Shown here: positions 29,672 through 39,319 of the stretch, in pieces | How the letters are laid out: each line of letters opens with the position of its first letter | How positions within the stretch are numbered: the stretch's first letter is position 1 | NCBI GenBank assembly: GCA_016784175.1 | Contig: JADHVC010000002.1 | Coordinates: 330 to 64,329 of the forward strand | Reading direction: 5' to 3' | Source: Patescibacteria group bacterium | GTDB taxonomy: Bacteria > Patescibacteriota > Patescibacteriia > Patescibacteriales > BS150m-G62 | DNA length: 64,000 nt | Notes under the pieces: generated by a model | What the model was told of the DNA's origin: nothing | The model's database searches: none | Seen by the model: the letters and a program-made list of their open reading frames with translations, nothing else | Position numbers and translations under genes: made by a program

Positions 29672-30647
29672 TGAAATATATAAACAAATAAATATTCTTA
29701 AAGATATTAAGCCAAGTGATGATTGGAAAAGTAAAAATAGAGAATTACTTTTAAGTCAAATAAGTAGTGCAAATATCGCAGACATAAAAGAATTAAGCTT
29801 AGTTAACGCATTGTTTAAGACGATTAGTGGTGAGTTGCGTTTATTTGTAGCTCAACCAACTTTGTTTGTGACCATACTAGCTATACTAATGATTGGTCTT
29901 CCGATAGTAAGTGCAGAGTTCGTTAACGATTCAAAGCCAGGCGATTCTCTCTATATAGCAAAATTGGTTAGTGAAGACGCTCAACTTGCTGTTACTTTTG
30001 ATGAAAGAAAGAAAGCAAAACTTGGTCTAGGTTTTGCAGAAAATAGAACAAGAGAGATTACTAAAGTGTTAGTAGAATTTAACGAAAATGAGCAAGACAA
30101 AGACCAAAAAGTAGAAAAATTAACCAATGACTTTAAAGAAGAGATAGCAAAAATTAAAACATACGAAGTAGCAAGTAACATAAAAGCAAAAGTAAGAAAA
30201 GAAAAGGCAATTGTTGTAGAAGATAATAAACAGGTAATTATTCAAAGTAGCATCGATGAAACCTTAACAAAAGAAGAAGATACAAAGGTATTTAGCGCTT
30301 ATCTTGGTAGATCAACTGCTGGAATTCAGCTATCTCAAGATGAGGTAAAAAAAGAATTTCATAAAGTATTAAGTGATGCAGCCGACTTGATTGACTCCAA
30401 GGACTATGTAGGAACATTAAATAAGCTAAAAGAAGCCAATCAGATTATCTTAAAAGTTACTGATGATGAGAGAATCCAAGAGGAAGTGGTAGAGAAACCT
30501 CAGGAAATACTAGAGATTGTTGAGACACTTCAAGCAGACAATATTACCAATAAAGAAGGATTAGCATCTAGTACGTTGAATAGCACGGTAGAGCCAGTGG
30601 AAAATAAAATTATCGAGGATAATAATAAAGATAAAGAAGAAAAATAA
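29664..30647 (+). CDS. Putative anti-sigma factor, single TM plus DUF5667-like extracytoplasmic domain
   Basis: Overlaps the sigma stop by 8 nt; TM helix followed by SKPGDSLY..K...E.....R..E motif. Confidence 0.7.
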   Translation: MNNEIYKQINILKDIKPSDDWKSKNRELLLSQISSANIADIKELSLVNALFKTISGELRLFVAQPTLFVTILAILMIGLPIVSAEFVNDSKPGDSLYIAKLVSEDAQLAVTFDERKKAKLGLGFAENRTREITKVLVEFNENEQDKDQKVEKLTNDFKEEIAKIKTYEVASNIKAKVRKEKAIVVEDNKQVIIQSSIDETLTKEEDTKVFSAYLGRSTAGIQLSQDEVKKEFHKVLSDAADLIDSKDYVGTLNKLKEANQIILKVTDDERIQEEVVEKPQEILEIVETLQADNITNKEGLASSTLNSTVEPVENKIIEDNNKDKEEK

Positions 30648-30652
30648 AATTT

Positions 30653-31441
30653 ATGAGTAATTTGTTTGACGAGCGGTTTGATATAAACGACGAATCAGTT
30701 AGTACCTTAACATACGATGAACATATAGCCAGATATATTTTTGCTTGCAGTTTAGTGAAGGGTAAGATTGTGCTTGATATTGCTTGTGGTACAGGCTATG
30801 GAGCACAAATATTAGCTAAAAACGGAGCTAAAAAAGTAATAGGTGTGGATATAGACCAAAAAACAGTGGATATTGCTAGTAGTCTAAATAAATATTCTAG
30901 TGTAGAATATAAGCACGGAAATGCAATAAAATTAGAATTCGCTAGCAAATCAGTTGATTTTATCACTTCTTTTGAGACAATCGAACATGTTGATAAGGTT
31001 GATAATTATCTAAGTGAATTAAAACGAGTGCTTACAAATAATGGGTTAGTACTAATTTCTACGCCTAACATAGAAATTAGTAAATGTAAGAATCCTTATC
31101 ACCTGAAAGAGTACACAAAGCAAGAGTTTAGCAATCTAGTAAAAAGATATTTTAAACATTGCGTAATTATAGACCAGGTCAGCGGAATGTCGAGCGTGAT
31201 CCGAGTAAATGCAAAGCAAGATTCAAAGTTGTTCTTTGGAGAAAATATCGCACCCAACTACTTTATCGCTATGTGTTCGCAGGTCGAGTTTAATCTTAAT
31301 CAATACAATATAGTTAGCTTTAATCAAACAGCTTTAAACAAATTGCAACGAAACCCAGGTTTAGTTGTCGCAGACAGTATATATAAAGCTTTAGTTAAAG
31401 TCCCAGGTTTAAAAAGTTTCCTTAAAAAAATAGCGAGTTAA
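30653..31441 (+). CDS. Class I SAM-dependent methyltransferase
   Basis: EHIARY, VLDIACGTGYG, SFETIEHV, ISTPN, NPYHLKEY. Confidence 0.9.
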   Translation: MSNLFDERFDINDESVSTLTYDEHIARYIFACSLVKGKIVLDIACGTGYGAQILAKNGAKKVIGVDIDQKTVDIASSLNKYSSVEYKHGNAIKLEFASKSVDFITSFETIEHVDKVDNYLSELKRVLTNNGLVLISTPNIEISKCKNPYHLKEYTKQEFSNLVKRYFKHCVIIDQVSGMSSVIRVNAKQDSKLFFGENIAPNYFIAMCSQVEFNLNQYNIVSFNQTALNKLQRNPGLVVADSIYKALVKVPGLKSFLKKIAS

Positions 31442-31508
31442 AATTGTTCATTTATCTAGTTTAGATTAGTACCCGTTAGTTAAAATTATTAACATTGTTG
31501 GTAGTAAT

Positions 31509-31790
31509 CTGCATTAAATAATGCAGTCGTTCAAGTCTTGTAAGTTTACTCCGACGGTCTGTACAGGTCATAAGCGTAAATTTATTAAAGGTCGATATCT
31601 GTGCCAAAAACACAGGTAAGACTTGCACACAAGAAATTAATTAAAAAATAACCAACGGCAAATCATTAATTTTGTTGGAACTATTGCTGTAGGAACGTTG
31701 TATAGCAATGTTCCTCTACATTAAAAAGATTCGCCCGAGGTATAATTAACTTAGTAATATTATTTATATATAATCTTGCTAGGCGAATAT
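31509..31790 (+). promoter_or_regulatory. Highly structured long 5' leader (or ncRNA) upstream of the S-layer-like gene
   Basis: Several stems: ctgcatta/taatgcag, caagtctt...aagacttg, ctgtg/cacag, ccaac/gttgg, aggaacgttg/caatgttcct, attcgcc/ggcgaat. Confidence 0.5.
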
Positions 31791-31799
31791 CTATAATTT

Positions 31800-34700
31800 A
31801 TGAGAAAATTACGCAAAACATTCATCTCAGGCGTGATGTTCACCACAATCTTTGCATTAAGTGGTATTGCTGCAGTTAGTCCTGCACAAGCTGCTGCATC
31901 TGCTGGTGACCTAATCAAGATGGACGGTTTAGATACTGTTTATTATCTTGGCGCTGACGGTAAGAGATATGTATTCCCAAATGCACAAACTTATTTTAGT
32001 TGGTATCCTGATTTTTCAAGCGTTGTAACTGTTCCTCAATCAGAGCTAGAGTCATACAGACTTGGTTCTAATGTAACAATGAGAGCTGGTACAAAATTAG
32101 TTAAAATTACTACAGATCCAATGGTATATGCTGTTGAACCAGGTGGTAATTTAAGATCTATTGTTAGTGAAGCTAATGCAATAGCTCTATATGGAGCAGA
32201 TTGGGCAAAAAGAGTAATCGATGTGCCAGATTCATTTTTCACTAACTACAAAGTATTAGCTGATTTAGCTGTAGGTAAATATCCTGCTGGTCAGTTAGTA
32301 AAGAGTGGTGATGCTACTTATTACTTCGACGGTACAGATTACCGTGCGGTAGCAAGTGATGCAGCTATGTCTGCAAATCGTTTTCAAGCTTCAAATGTAG
32401 TTACTACAACTATGGCTATTACAGCTGGTGGTACTGCACTTGCAGGCGCTGAAGCTACTTTAATCGACACTTCTGCTAGTGGTGCTACAACTGGTATTAC
32501 TCCAGGCGTAGGCACAGGTGCTACTGTATCTGTAGCTAGTGATACTCCTTACAGTTCTACTATTCCTAGTAGTTCAGCTAGAGTAACTTTCACTAAATTT
32601 AACATTGCAGCTGCTAGTGATGGCGACGTAACTGTTAATGAGATTACAGTAAGACGAACAGGTGTTGGTGCTTACAACGAATTAAGTAGAGTTTACCTAT
32701 ATGATGGTATGACAAGATTAAGTAACGGTAGAACTATCAATTCTGATAGTCACAGTACTACTTTTTCAGGCCTAGGTTTGAAAGTAGCTGCTGGTACTGT
32801 TAAAACAATCACTATTGCTGCAGATACAGCTAGTGGTTCAGCTGGTAACCATTCTTTGGGTATCAATGCTGCTTCTGATATTAAGACAAATGGTGCTTCT
32901 GTTTCTGGTTCATTTCCAGTTAAAGGTAATACTATGAGTCTTTCATCTGTTACTGCTGGTACAGTTGTGCTTGCAGGCAATGGTACATTATCAAACCCAA
33001 CAATCGGTGATGCTAATGTTTCAGTTGCTCAATTTAAGTTAACAGCTGCTTCAGAGGACTTAATGTTTGGAGACATTACTCTAAAACAAGATGGTACAAT
33101 CGACACATCTTTATTGAGTAATTTTACCTTAATGCAAGGTACAACTAATATTCCTGTTACAACTACTATTAACGGAAGAAATGTAATGGTTAAATTAGAC
33201 ACTCCATTTAAGTTAGTTGACGGTTCTGGTAAAATCTTTACTCTAAAAGCTAACGTAAGCAGTGATACAGAAGTTGGTAAAACTATTGTATTCTATGTAA
33301 ATAATGTAGCTGATGTTAATACACAAAGTATTAATTACGGAGTAGGTGTTACAGCAACAATCACAGCTTATGATGCTGCCGGTGATTCACAAACATTAAC
33401 ATTACAAGGTGGTGGAATTACAATTTCTAACCTAAGCTCACCTTCAAGTGATGTTAAAGTAAATTCAACAGAAGTTGAGTTAACTCGAGTTGCTGTAAAA
33501 GCGTCTTCTGATAGTGCAGAAATTCAAAAAATGACTTTAAGAATCGCTACAACTAAAGCAACTTCTGGTGGTGATGATTATGGTACTTTCAGAGATATGG
33601 CTGATGATGCTGATTATGACAGCGGTACTGACACACTTTTACTTAAAAATATTAAGTTAAAGGATGCAGACACTGGTGCTACTATTGGTTCAGCTAAAGC
33701 TATTACTGATGCTGATAACTTCAGTGCAGCTAATGATGTTGATGCAAGTTTAGATTTTGTGTTCGATGATTATTTCACAATTGCAAAGGGTGCAACAAGA
33801 AATATTATCGCTGTAGCTGATATTGACACAACACAAATTTCTAGTGTAGTTTACGCTACAACAATGCAATTTGGTTCTAGTGACTTTACAGCTAAAGATT
33901 CACAAGATAATACTATAAGTGATGTTGTTCCTGCTACTGATATTGCTGGTTACAACAGAACAACAAGAACTTCATCATTAACAATTTCAAGAGCTTCAAG
34001 CCCAGAAACAAGAACTGTGGTTAAAGGTTCTTCAGTTGATGCTTTGGGTATAATATTTGCAACTGGTTCTGGAACAGGTAATGATGTTAAGCTTTCAGGT
34101 TTAACACTTGATATCTTCGTTGATGCTGACACTACTTTAGCAAGTGACTTTGCATTAAACACAGCAACTGGTGATGCAGATGGCGATACAACAACTATTC
34201 TTGCTAATGCTTTAGTGCAAGACGTAAGTCTATATGTTGGTGCTGACAAAATTGCTGGTCCTGTAAGTGTTGACACTAACGGTAGAGCAATCTTTACTTC
34301 AAGTAAATTTGTAAATGGTTACTACAATCTTCCAGCTGGCGCAAGCAAAACAGTCGTTGTTCGTGCAACTGCATCTGGCAATGCTCCTTATGGTGCTGCT
34401 GATGATAGATTTGCATTCACATTCGATGCTGCTGATGTTACAGCAGAAGACTCAGAAGGTAGTGTAACTCCAACTGTTACAGGTACAGATCTTAACGGTC
34501 TTGCTACACCTGGTGTTTATGTCCAAGTTACTGGTAACGGTACTATCACTGTTGCTGCTGACTCTGGCAAACCTGCTTCTTCTGTAGTTATCGCTGGTCG
34601 TTCAACAGAACAAGAGTTAACAAGAGTGTTGCTTTCAACAACAAAAGAAGATTTCTTAGTTGACGAAATTACATTCGCAGTTAACGAAGCTGGTTCTTAT

Positions 34701-35573
34701 GATGATGTAGAATACCTAAGACTATATGACACTTCAGGTAATGCATTATCAGAAAATGTTGGTCTAAACGCAAGTGGCTTAGCTAATTTTACTGGTTTAA
34801 CAATCAGTGTTCCAAAATTAGATAACAAGGTTTTAGTTGTTAAGGGTAAGATTAAAGCTGTTGGTGAAAGAACAACAGCTACAGATGGTACTGCTGGAAC
34901 TGGTGCTGACACTGGTGATGGTATTACTATCAACATTGACACAACAGCTGGCAACTTCAATGCTACAGGTGCTGCATCTGGTATTGTTGATACTACTGCT
35001 GATGCTGCTGTTGCAAATACCATGGTTGTTAGAAAGTCTCTTCCAACTGTTGTTATGCAATCATTACCAAGCACAACATTGGCTAACGCTTCAAAGACAA
35101 TTAGTAAATTCAGTATTACAGCTGATGCTAATGGAGATATCGTATTCAAGGGCGTTCAACCTATAACAACTTTAGGTGGCGCTTCAGCTATTACAGCTGG
35201 TTCAGTTTACATGTATGATGTAACTGGTTCAAACGAAACTTTACTAAACGCAGTTGGTGTTAATGCAAGTGCATTAATCGAAATTGACAATGCTAGTATT
35301 GTTACGATTGCTGCTGGTACTACAAGAACATTCGAAATCAGAGCTACTATTACTGGTTCTGCTGCAGGTGATTCTGTAGAAACTCAACTAGTTAAGGATA
35401 GCGCTGCATTAAGTTCTACAACAGAAACAGCTGCTGACGCAGTTGCTGATGCAGCAAATAACTTCATTTGGTCAGACAAATCTGCTGATACAAATGCTGT
35501 TACTTCAACTGAGTGGACAAATAGTTATGTCTTCCCAAGTTGGCCAACTACAATCTCAGTATTATCAAGATAA
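31800..35573 (+). CDS. Major S-layer-like surface protein (1257 aa)
   Basis: Signal peptide (AQA-A), three N-terminal G.L(I/V)K....(V)YY repeats, Thr/Ala/Ser-rich beta-sandwich repeats, no Cys, strong T/A-ending codon bias (GCT/ACT/GGT), strong terminator. Confidence 0.75.
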   Translation: MRKLRKTFISGVMFTTIFALSGIAAVSPAQAAASAGDLIKMDGLDTVYYLGADGKRYVFPNAQTYFSWYPDFSSVVTVPQSELESYRLGSNVTMRAGTKLVKITTDPMVYAVEPGGNLRSIVSEANAIALYGADWAKRVIDVPDSFFTNYKVLADLAVGKYPAGQLVKSGDATYYFDGTDYRAVASDAAMSANRFQASNVVTTTMAITAGGTALAGAEATLIDTSASGATTGITPGVGTGATVSVASDTPYSSTIPSSSARVTFTKFNIAAASDGDVTVNEITVRRTGVGAYNELSRVYLYDGMTRLSNGRTINSDSHSTTFSGLGLKVAAGTVKTITIAADTASGSAGNHSLGINAASDIKTNGASVSGSFPVKGNTMSLSSVTAGTVVLAGNGTLSNPTIGDANVSVAQFKLTAASEDLMFGDITLKQDGTIDTSLLSNFTLMQGTTNIPVTTTINGRNVMVKLDTPFKLVDGSGKIFTLKANVSSDTEVGKTIVFYVNNVADVNTQSINYGVGVTATITAYDAAGDSQTLTLQGGGITISNLSSPSSDVKVNSTEVELTRVAVKASSDSAEIQKMTLRIATTKATSGGDDYGTFRDMADDADYDSGTDTLLLKNIKLKDADTGATIGSAKAITDADNFSAANDVDASLDFVFDDYFTIAKGATRNIIAVADIDTTQISSVVYATTMQFGSSDFTAKDSQDNTISDVVPATDIAGYNRTTRTSSLTISRASSPETRTVVKGSSVDALGIIFATGSGTGNDVKLSGLTLDIFVDADTTLASDFALNTATGDADGDTTTILANALVQDVSLYVGADKIAGPVSVDTNGRAIFTSSKFVNGYYNLPAGASKTVVVRATASGNAPYGAADDRFAFTFDAADVTAEDSEGSVTPTVTGTDLNGLATPGVYVQVTGNGTITVAADSGKPASSVVIAGRSTEQELTRVLLSTTKEDFLVDEITFAVNEAGSYDDVEYLRLYDTSGNALSENVGLNASGLANFTGLTISVPKLDNKVLVVKGKIKAVGERTTATDGTAGTGADTGDGITINIDTTAGNFNATGAASGIVDTTADAAVANTMVVRKSLPTVVMQSLPSTTLANASKTISKFSITADANGDIVFKGVQPITTLGGASAITAGSVYMYDVTGSNETLLNAVGVNASALIEIDNASIVTIAAGTTRTFEIRATITGSAAGDSVETQLVKDSAALSSTTETAADAVADAANNFIWSDKSADTNAVTSTEWTNSYVFPSWPTTISVLSR

Positions 35574-35601
35574 TATCTCGATAAGCTAGATTGAACTAGG
35601 C

Positions 35602-35636
35602 AACCCCCTCTCCTTAAAGCAAGGAGAGGGGGTTTT
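35602..35636 (+). terminator. Strong intrinsic terminator
   Basis: aaccccctctcctt-aaagc-aaggagagggggtt perfect 14-bp stem followed by T-rich sequence. Confidence 0.9.
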
Positions 35637-35700
35637 GGTTTGTGGGTGTTTTTTTGCTATACTAAACAATATAAAGAATTATCCTAACCTTTTTTAAAAT

Positions 35701-37950
35701 ATGAAATACCCCAGGCTATTATTTTGTTTTTTATCGTTATTTTTGTTTGTGCCATTTAGTGCTAGTGCCGTTGATTATGATTACCATATAGATAGTATTA
35801 CTGTTAGTGGCGACCCAACAATCAATAAGGATGTTGATGTGAAAGTTAAAGTTTATAATTATTCAACAGAACCATTGATCACAATGGATGTTGTAAACGA
35901 TTATTCTATAAATTTTGATAACTTTCGTTTATCTAGCGTAACTTTACCCACTATTTCAAGCACTAGTCCAATTGATGTGCTTGAATATTTTGAGTATATA
36001 ATCACAGGTCGTTTTATCGACTTTGATGGATCAAAGCTAATTTTTAATTTTAATACGCAAAATATTCCCTTTGAAGCGAATAGAGCTAACAATACCTATT
36101 CGGAAATAATAAATGTTATTTCGGCTCAGGATACGTCTGTTAATGAGATCGAAGTTATTCCTGAAAAGCCTGCTGTGGACGAAATAGTTATAATTAAAGT
36201 GAAAATCAAGAATGGAGGCGATATTGCCTTATCTTCAACTTTTGGTGTTAATGATTTTTTGCGAAATTTCCAGGACTTTGAAGAAACAGATCCTTTTACA
36301 TTTTCTACCTTTAGGGACAATATCTTCAATAAAGATCAAGAATTTATATATACTTATCGTGGAAAGTTTAAATCTATTGGAACAAAAGAGCTCAAATTTA
36401 CAATTGATGCGACAGATAGCATAAAGGAAATAAATGAAACAAATAATACTTTAGCAAACAATATTGAGGTAATCGGGAAAGAATCACTCGATGTTACTCT
36501 TCACCAAATAAAGTTACCAGACAAGGATATATTGTATAATACTGTTTTAGACATTAAGGCATCAATAAGGAATGGGGGCTCGGTTGCACTAAGTGATCCA
36601 ACAGGTATCTCTATAGATAGTCTTAAATATTCTATCCCCGGGTTTGTGGTAAGTTCAATATCTCAAGACAGCTATCCTACTGCTAGTGATCCCTTTAAAC
36701 CAACAGATATTTTTAACTATGTGTTTAGGGGGTGGTTTAATCAAACTGGCAATATTGATGTAAGTTTTATGATAGATAAGTATGACTATTTGGATGAGTC
36801 AGATGAAGTTAACAACCTTGCTACATCAACTTTAACAGTATATGTAAACCAAGAAGCAGCAGATGCTATTGTGATCTCTGATGTTTCAGTTAATCCGATA
36901 AGCTCAACATCGGTAGAAATATTGTGGAAAACGGACAGAGAAGCTACTTCAGAAGTTCGTTACAACAAATATAGATTTGGTTCATTTGATAGGTATAAGA
37001 TTCCAGAAAATGTACCAAACGATATATGGCCAAATAACACATCAGCAACTATCGACCATGCGGTAACGATTGTTGAGCTTGACAGCAATGCTAGTTACGA
37101 CTTTGAAGTTAATAGCACTCGAGGTAGTGTAAAAACATTTAGTCCAGTTGGTCACTTCGAGACGCCACCAACCGATAATGTATCTATCAATAATGTTAAT
37201 ATTTACCCAAATAAAGATGACAAGTCAGCAACAATTACCTGGAAAACAAGTTATCTAGCTGATAGCAATGTGTATTACTCAGAAGTTGGAAAGAACGACT
37301 ATATTTTTGTTGGTACAGCCGATCCAACCATGAATCATGCAATTAAATTGCAAAATTTAAAGCCTGTAGAATATAACTATTATGTCGAATCAAAGAACTC
37401 TAAAATTGCCTCTTCTACAAAATCAGCCATTTATAGTTTTTCCATGGTCTCTCTAGTTAAAGAGATAATTATTGCTCCAGAGTCAGAAAAACCAGCCATG
37501 AAGATCATAAATGAGCAAGAAAAAGATGTATTATTAGTGACTAATGGAAGTTTATTCCAAAAACTTAAAGGTCGCATTCTTCTTAAAGTAGAAGACGAGG
37601 GTGAAGCGTGGTATGTTAGCCCAGACGATGCTAAAAAGTATTACTTAGGTCGCCCAAGAGATGCTTTTAATGTAATGCGAACGTTTGGGGTGGGTATAAC
37701 TAATGCAAATTTGCAAAAGATCCAAGTGGGGGACAGATATACTCCAAAAATGGCTAGAGATGGTCTTGATTACAACTTCACCAAAAAGAATAGTGGCAAG
37801 ATATTTATAGCTGTTGAAGCAAATGGTGAAGCTTGGTATGTTAACCCTATCGACTTAAAAAGATATTATCTAGGTCGTCCCCAGGATGCTTTTCAGATAA
37901 TGCGCGAACTAAGCACAGGTATAACTAACGAAGACTTTATAAGGTTGTAG
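35701..37950 (+). CDS. Secreted protein with three CARDB-like domains, two FN3-like domains and a C-terminal duplicated GEAWY module
   Basis: Signal peptide; ..ID....I.E.NE.NN motifs; I.WKTD/WKTS...H.V.L..L; GRILLKVEDEGEAWYVSP and GKIFIAVEANGEAWYVNP. Confidence 0.8.
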   Translation: MKYPRLLFCFLSLFLFVPFSASAVDYDYHIDSITVSGDPTINKDVDVKVKVYNYSTEPLITMDVVNDYSINFDNFRLSSVTLPTISSTSPIDVLEYFEYIITGRFIDFDGSKLIFNFNTQNIPFEANRANNTYSEIINVISAQDTSVNEIEVIPEKPAVDEIVIIKVKIKNGGDIALSSTFGVNDFLRNFQDFEETDPFTFSTFRDNIFNKDQEFIYTYRGKFKSIGTKELKFTIDATDSIKEINETNNTLANNIEVIGKESLDVTLHQIKLPDKDILYNTVLDIKASIRNGGSVALSDPTGISIDSLKYSIPGFVVSSISQDSYPTASDPFKPTDIFNYVFRGWFNQTGNIDVSFMIDKYDYLDESDEVNNLATSTLTVYVNQEAADAIVISDVSVNPISSTSVEILWKTDREATSEVRYNKYRFGSFDRYKIPENVPNDIWPNNTSATIDHAVTIVELDSNASYDFEVNSTRGSVKTFSPVGHFETPPTDNVSINNVNIYPNKDDKSATITWKTSYLADSNVYYSEVGKNDYIFVGTADPTMNHAIKLQNLKPVEYNYYVESKNSKIASSTKSAIYSFSMVSLVKEIIIAPESEKPAMKIINEQEKDVLLVTNGSLFQKLKGRILLKVEDEGEAWYVSPDDAKKYYLGRPRDAFNVMRTFGVGITNANLQKIQVGDRYTPKMARDGLDYNFTKKNSGKIFIAVEANGEAWYVNPIDLKRYYLGRPQDAFQIMRELSTGITNEDFIRL

Positions 37951-37972
37951 AAATTATAAAAAATCTCAAGAT

Positions 37973-38002
37973 AAAAAAGTGGTTTTAAATGCCGCTTTTT
38001 TA
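37973..38002 (+). terminator. Probable intrinsic terminator
   Basis: aaaaaagtggt-tttaaat-gccgctttttt. Confidence 0.55.
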
Positions 38003-38130
38003 TTTTTTTAGGTTAAGTTGTTAATAGTTAAGTTATTAAAATTTGTTTACTTTGAGTTTTATGTGTAGTAATATGTAATTTGTAAGAGTTAATTGTGGGG
38101 TATCTTTCGTTCTTTAAAAGGAGTTTTTTT

Positions 38131-39019
38131 ATGTGTGCTTTTGAAATATTAACTCGTGGTAATGGTTCTAGTGGTCTGATTGCCTCACTATCCCAATTCA
38201 CATTGGCCTGCGGATACACTGTTTTAGCAGGCACAGATCGTGGGGTTGGTTATTCTGATGTAAACCAAGACTGTATCGGAATAGATGTTGAAAATAATAG
38301 AATCGTCGTAGCTGACGGTCTTGGGTCAGATAAGGATAGCGAACTAGCGGCTAAGCTCGCTGTCGAATGCATCCTTAAGGGTCAAAAATCATTCCATGAA
38401 GTACAAAAAGAATTTTGTGGTTTAATTAACGGTGCAGATCGGACTGGCACTCTAGCGAATGGTTTTTCTGGGCAAATAGAGGGTGATACATGCCTTATCG
38501 CGTTAGAAATACAAGAAATCATGGGACAATTTAAAAAGCTTTCAATTGCGCAAGCTGGTGATGTAAAGCTAATTGTTGTAAGACCAAGTGTTATATATAA
38601 CCCAATTTTTACAACAGTTGATCAAACAGTGGCCCAAGAAGCTTATGATAGTGGAGAAATAAAAGATAAAAGACAGTACTATTGTTCCTTCTCAAAAGCA
38701 GATAGTAACGTCCACTTTCTTAACTAGTGAAGTAAAAATGACACAATTTTTTGTTAAGCGGGGTGATATTGTGTACATATATAGTGATGGTATAGGTGAT
38801 AATTTGCTTCCTGAAGAAATATCTATTATAACGCGTGGGCAATATTATGCTGACGCTTTTAGAGCGATCATAGACACTGTTACTGGAAGGATGTTGCGCT
38901 ATGGACTCGAGAGTCATTCAGGACAGTATCATTTCTCAAAAATATTTGGCCCATGTAAAGATGGTTTTTGGCAACCACCCAAGGCGGATAATCGTTCTTT
39001 AGTGGCAATTCAAATATAA
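38131..39019 (+). pseudogene. PP2C/SpoIIE-family Ser/Thr phosphatase split by a +1 frameshift near 38685-38692
   Basis: ORF1 (ATG 38131, AAGGAG SD) has NQD, VVADGLG, AGD and DQT; ORF2 (38738..39019) has GD....SDG..DN and the terminal DN motif. The ORF2 frame is open upstream (SQKQIVTSTFLTSEVKM). Confidence 0.75.
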
Positions 39020-39038
39020 CAAATCGCAAAAACATTTT

Positions 39039-39071
39039 AGCTGCAGCTTTTTATGACTGCAGCTTTTTTTT
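39039..39071 (+). terminator. Intrinsic terminator
   Basis: agctgcag...ctgcagct stem followed by a long T-tract. Confidence 0.75.
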
Positions 39072-39108
39072 GTTTTTTTAAAGCATTGTGCTAATATGAA
39101 AAAATATT

Positions 39109-39298
39109 GTAACTGCTCACTATACTTGCATTATTTTTGAGCGCATATGGAATATGTAGTAATTTTTAGCAGAATTTAACTTAAAGAATTTTATGTTTGA
39201 GTGAAGCGAGTTTAAAATTTTTGTTAAATTGTGCGTAAAAAAATTGCCCAATATTCAATCCTAAGCGAAAAAGTGATGCAAGTATAGTGAGCAGTTAC
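39109..39298. mobile_element. Full-length MITE copy (orientation B) with near-perfect 8-bp TSD
   Basis: Perfect 23-bp TIRs gtaactgctcactatacttgcat / atgcaagtatagtgagcagttac; flanks AAAATATT / AAAAGATT. Confidence 0.95.
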
Positions 39299-39319
39299 AA
39301 AAGATTATATTGATTCTTA

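Noticed and set aside
31509..31526. ctgcatta-aa-taatgcag hairpin as a collapsed MITE
   Set aside because: Only 8 bp match the inner TIR and the GTAAC..CTCAC terminus is absent; chance similarity is plausible.
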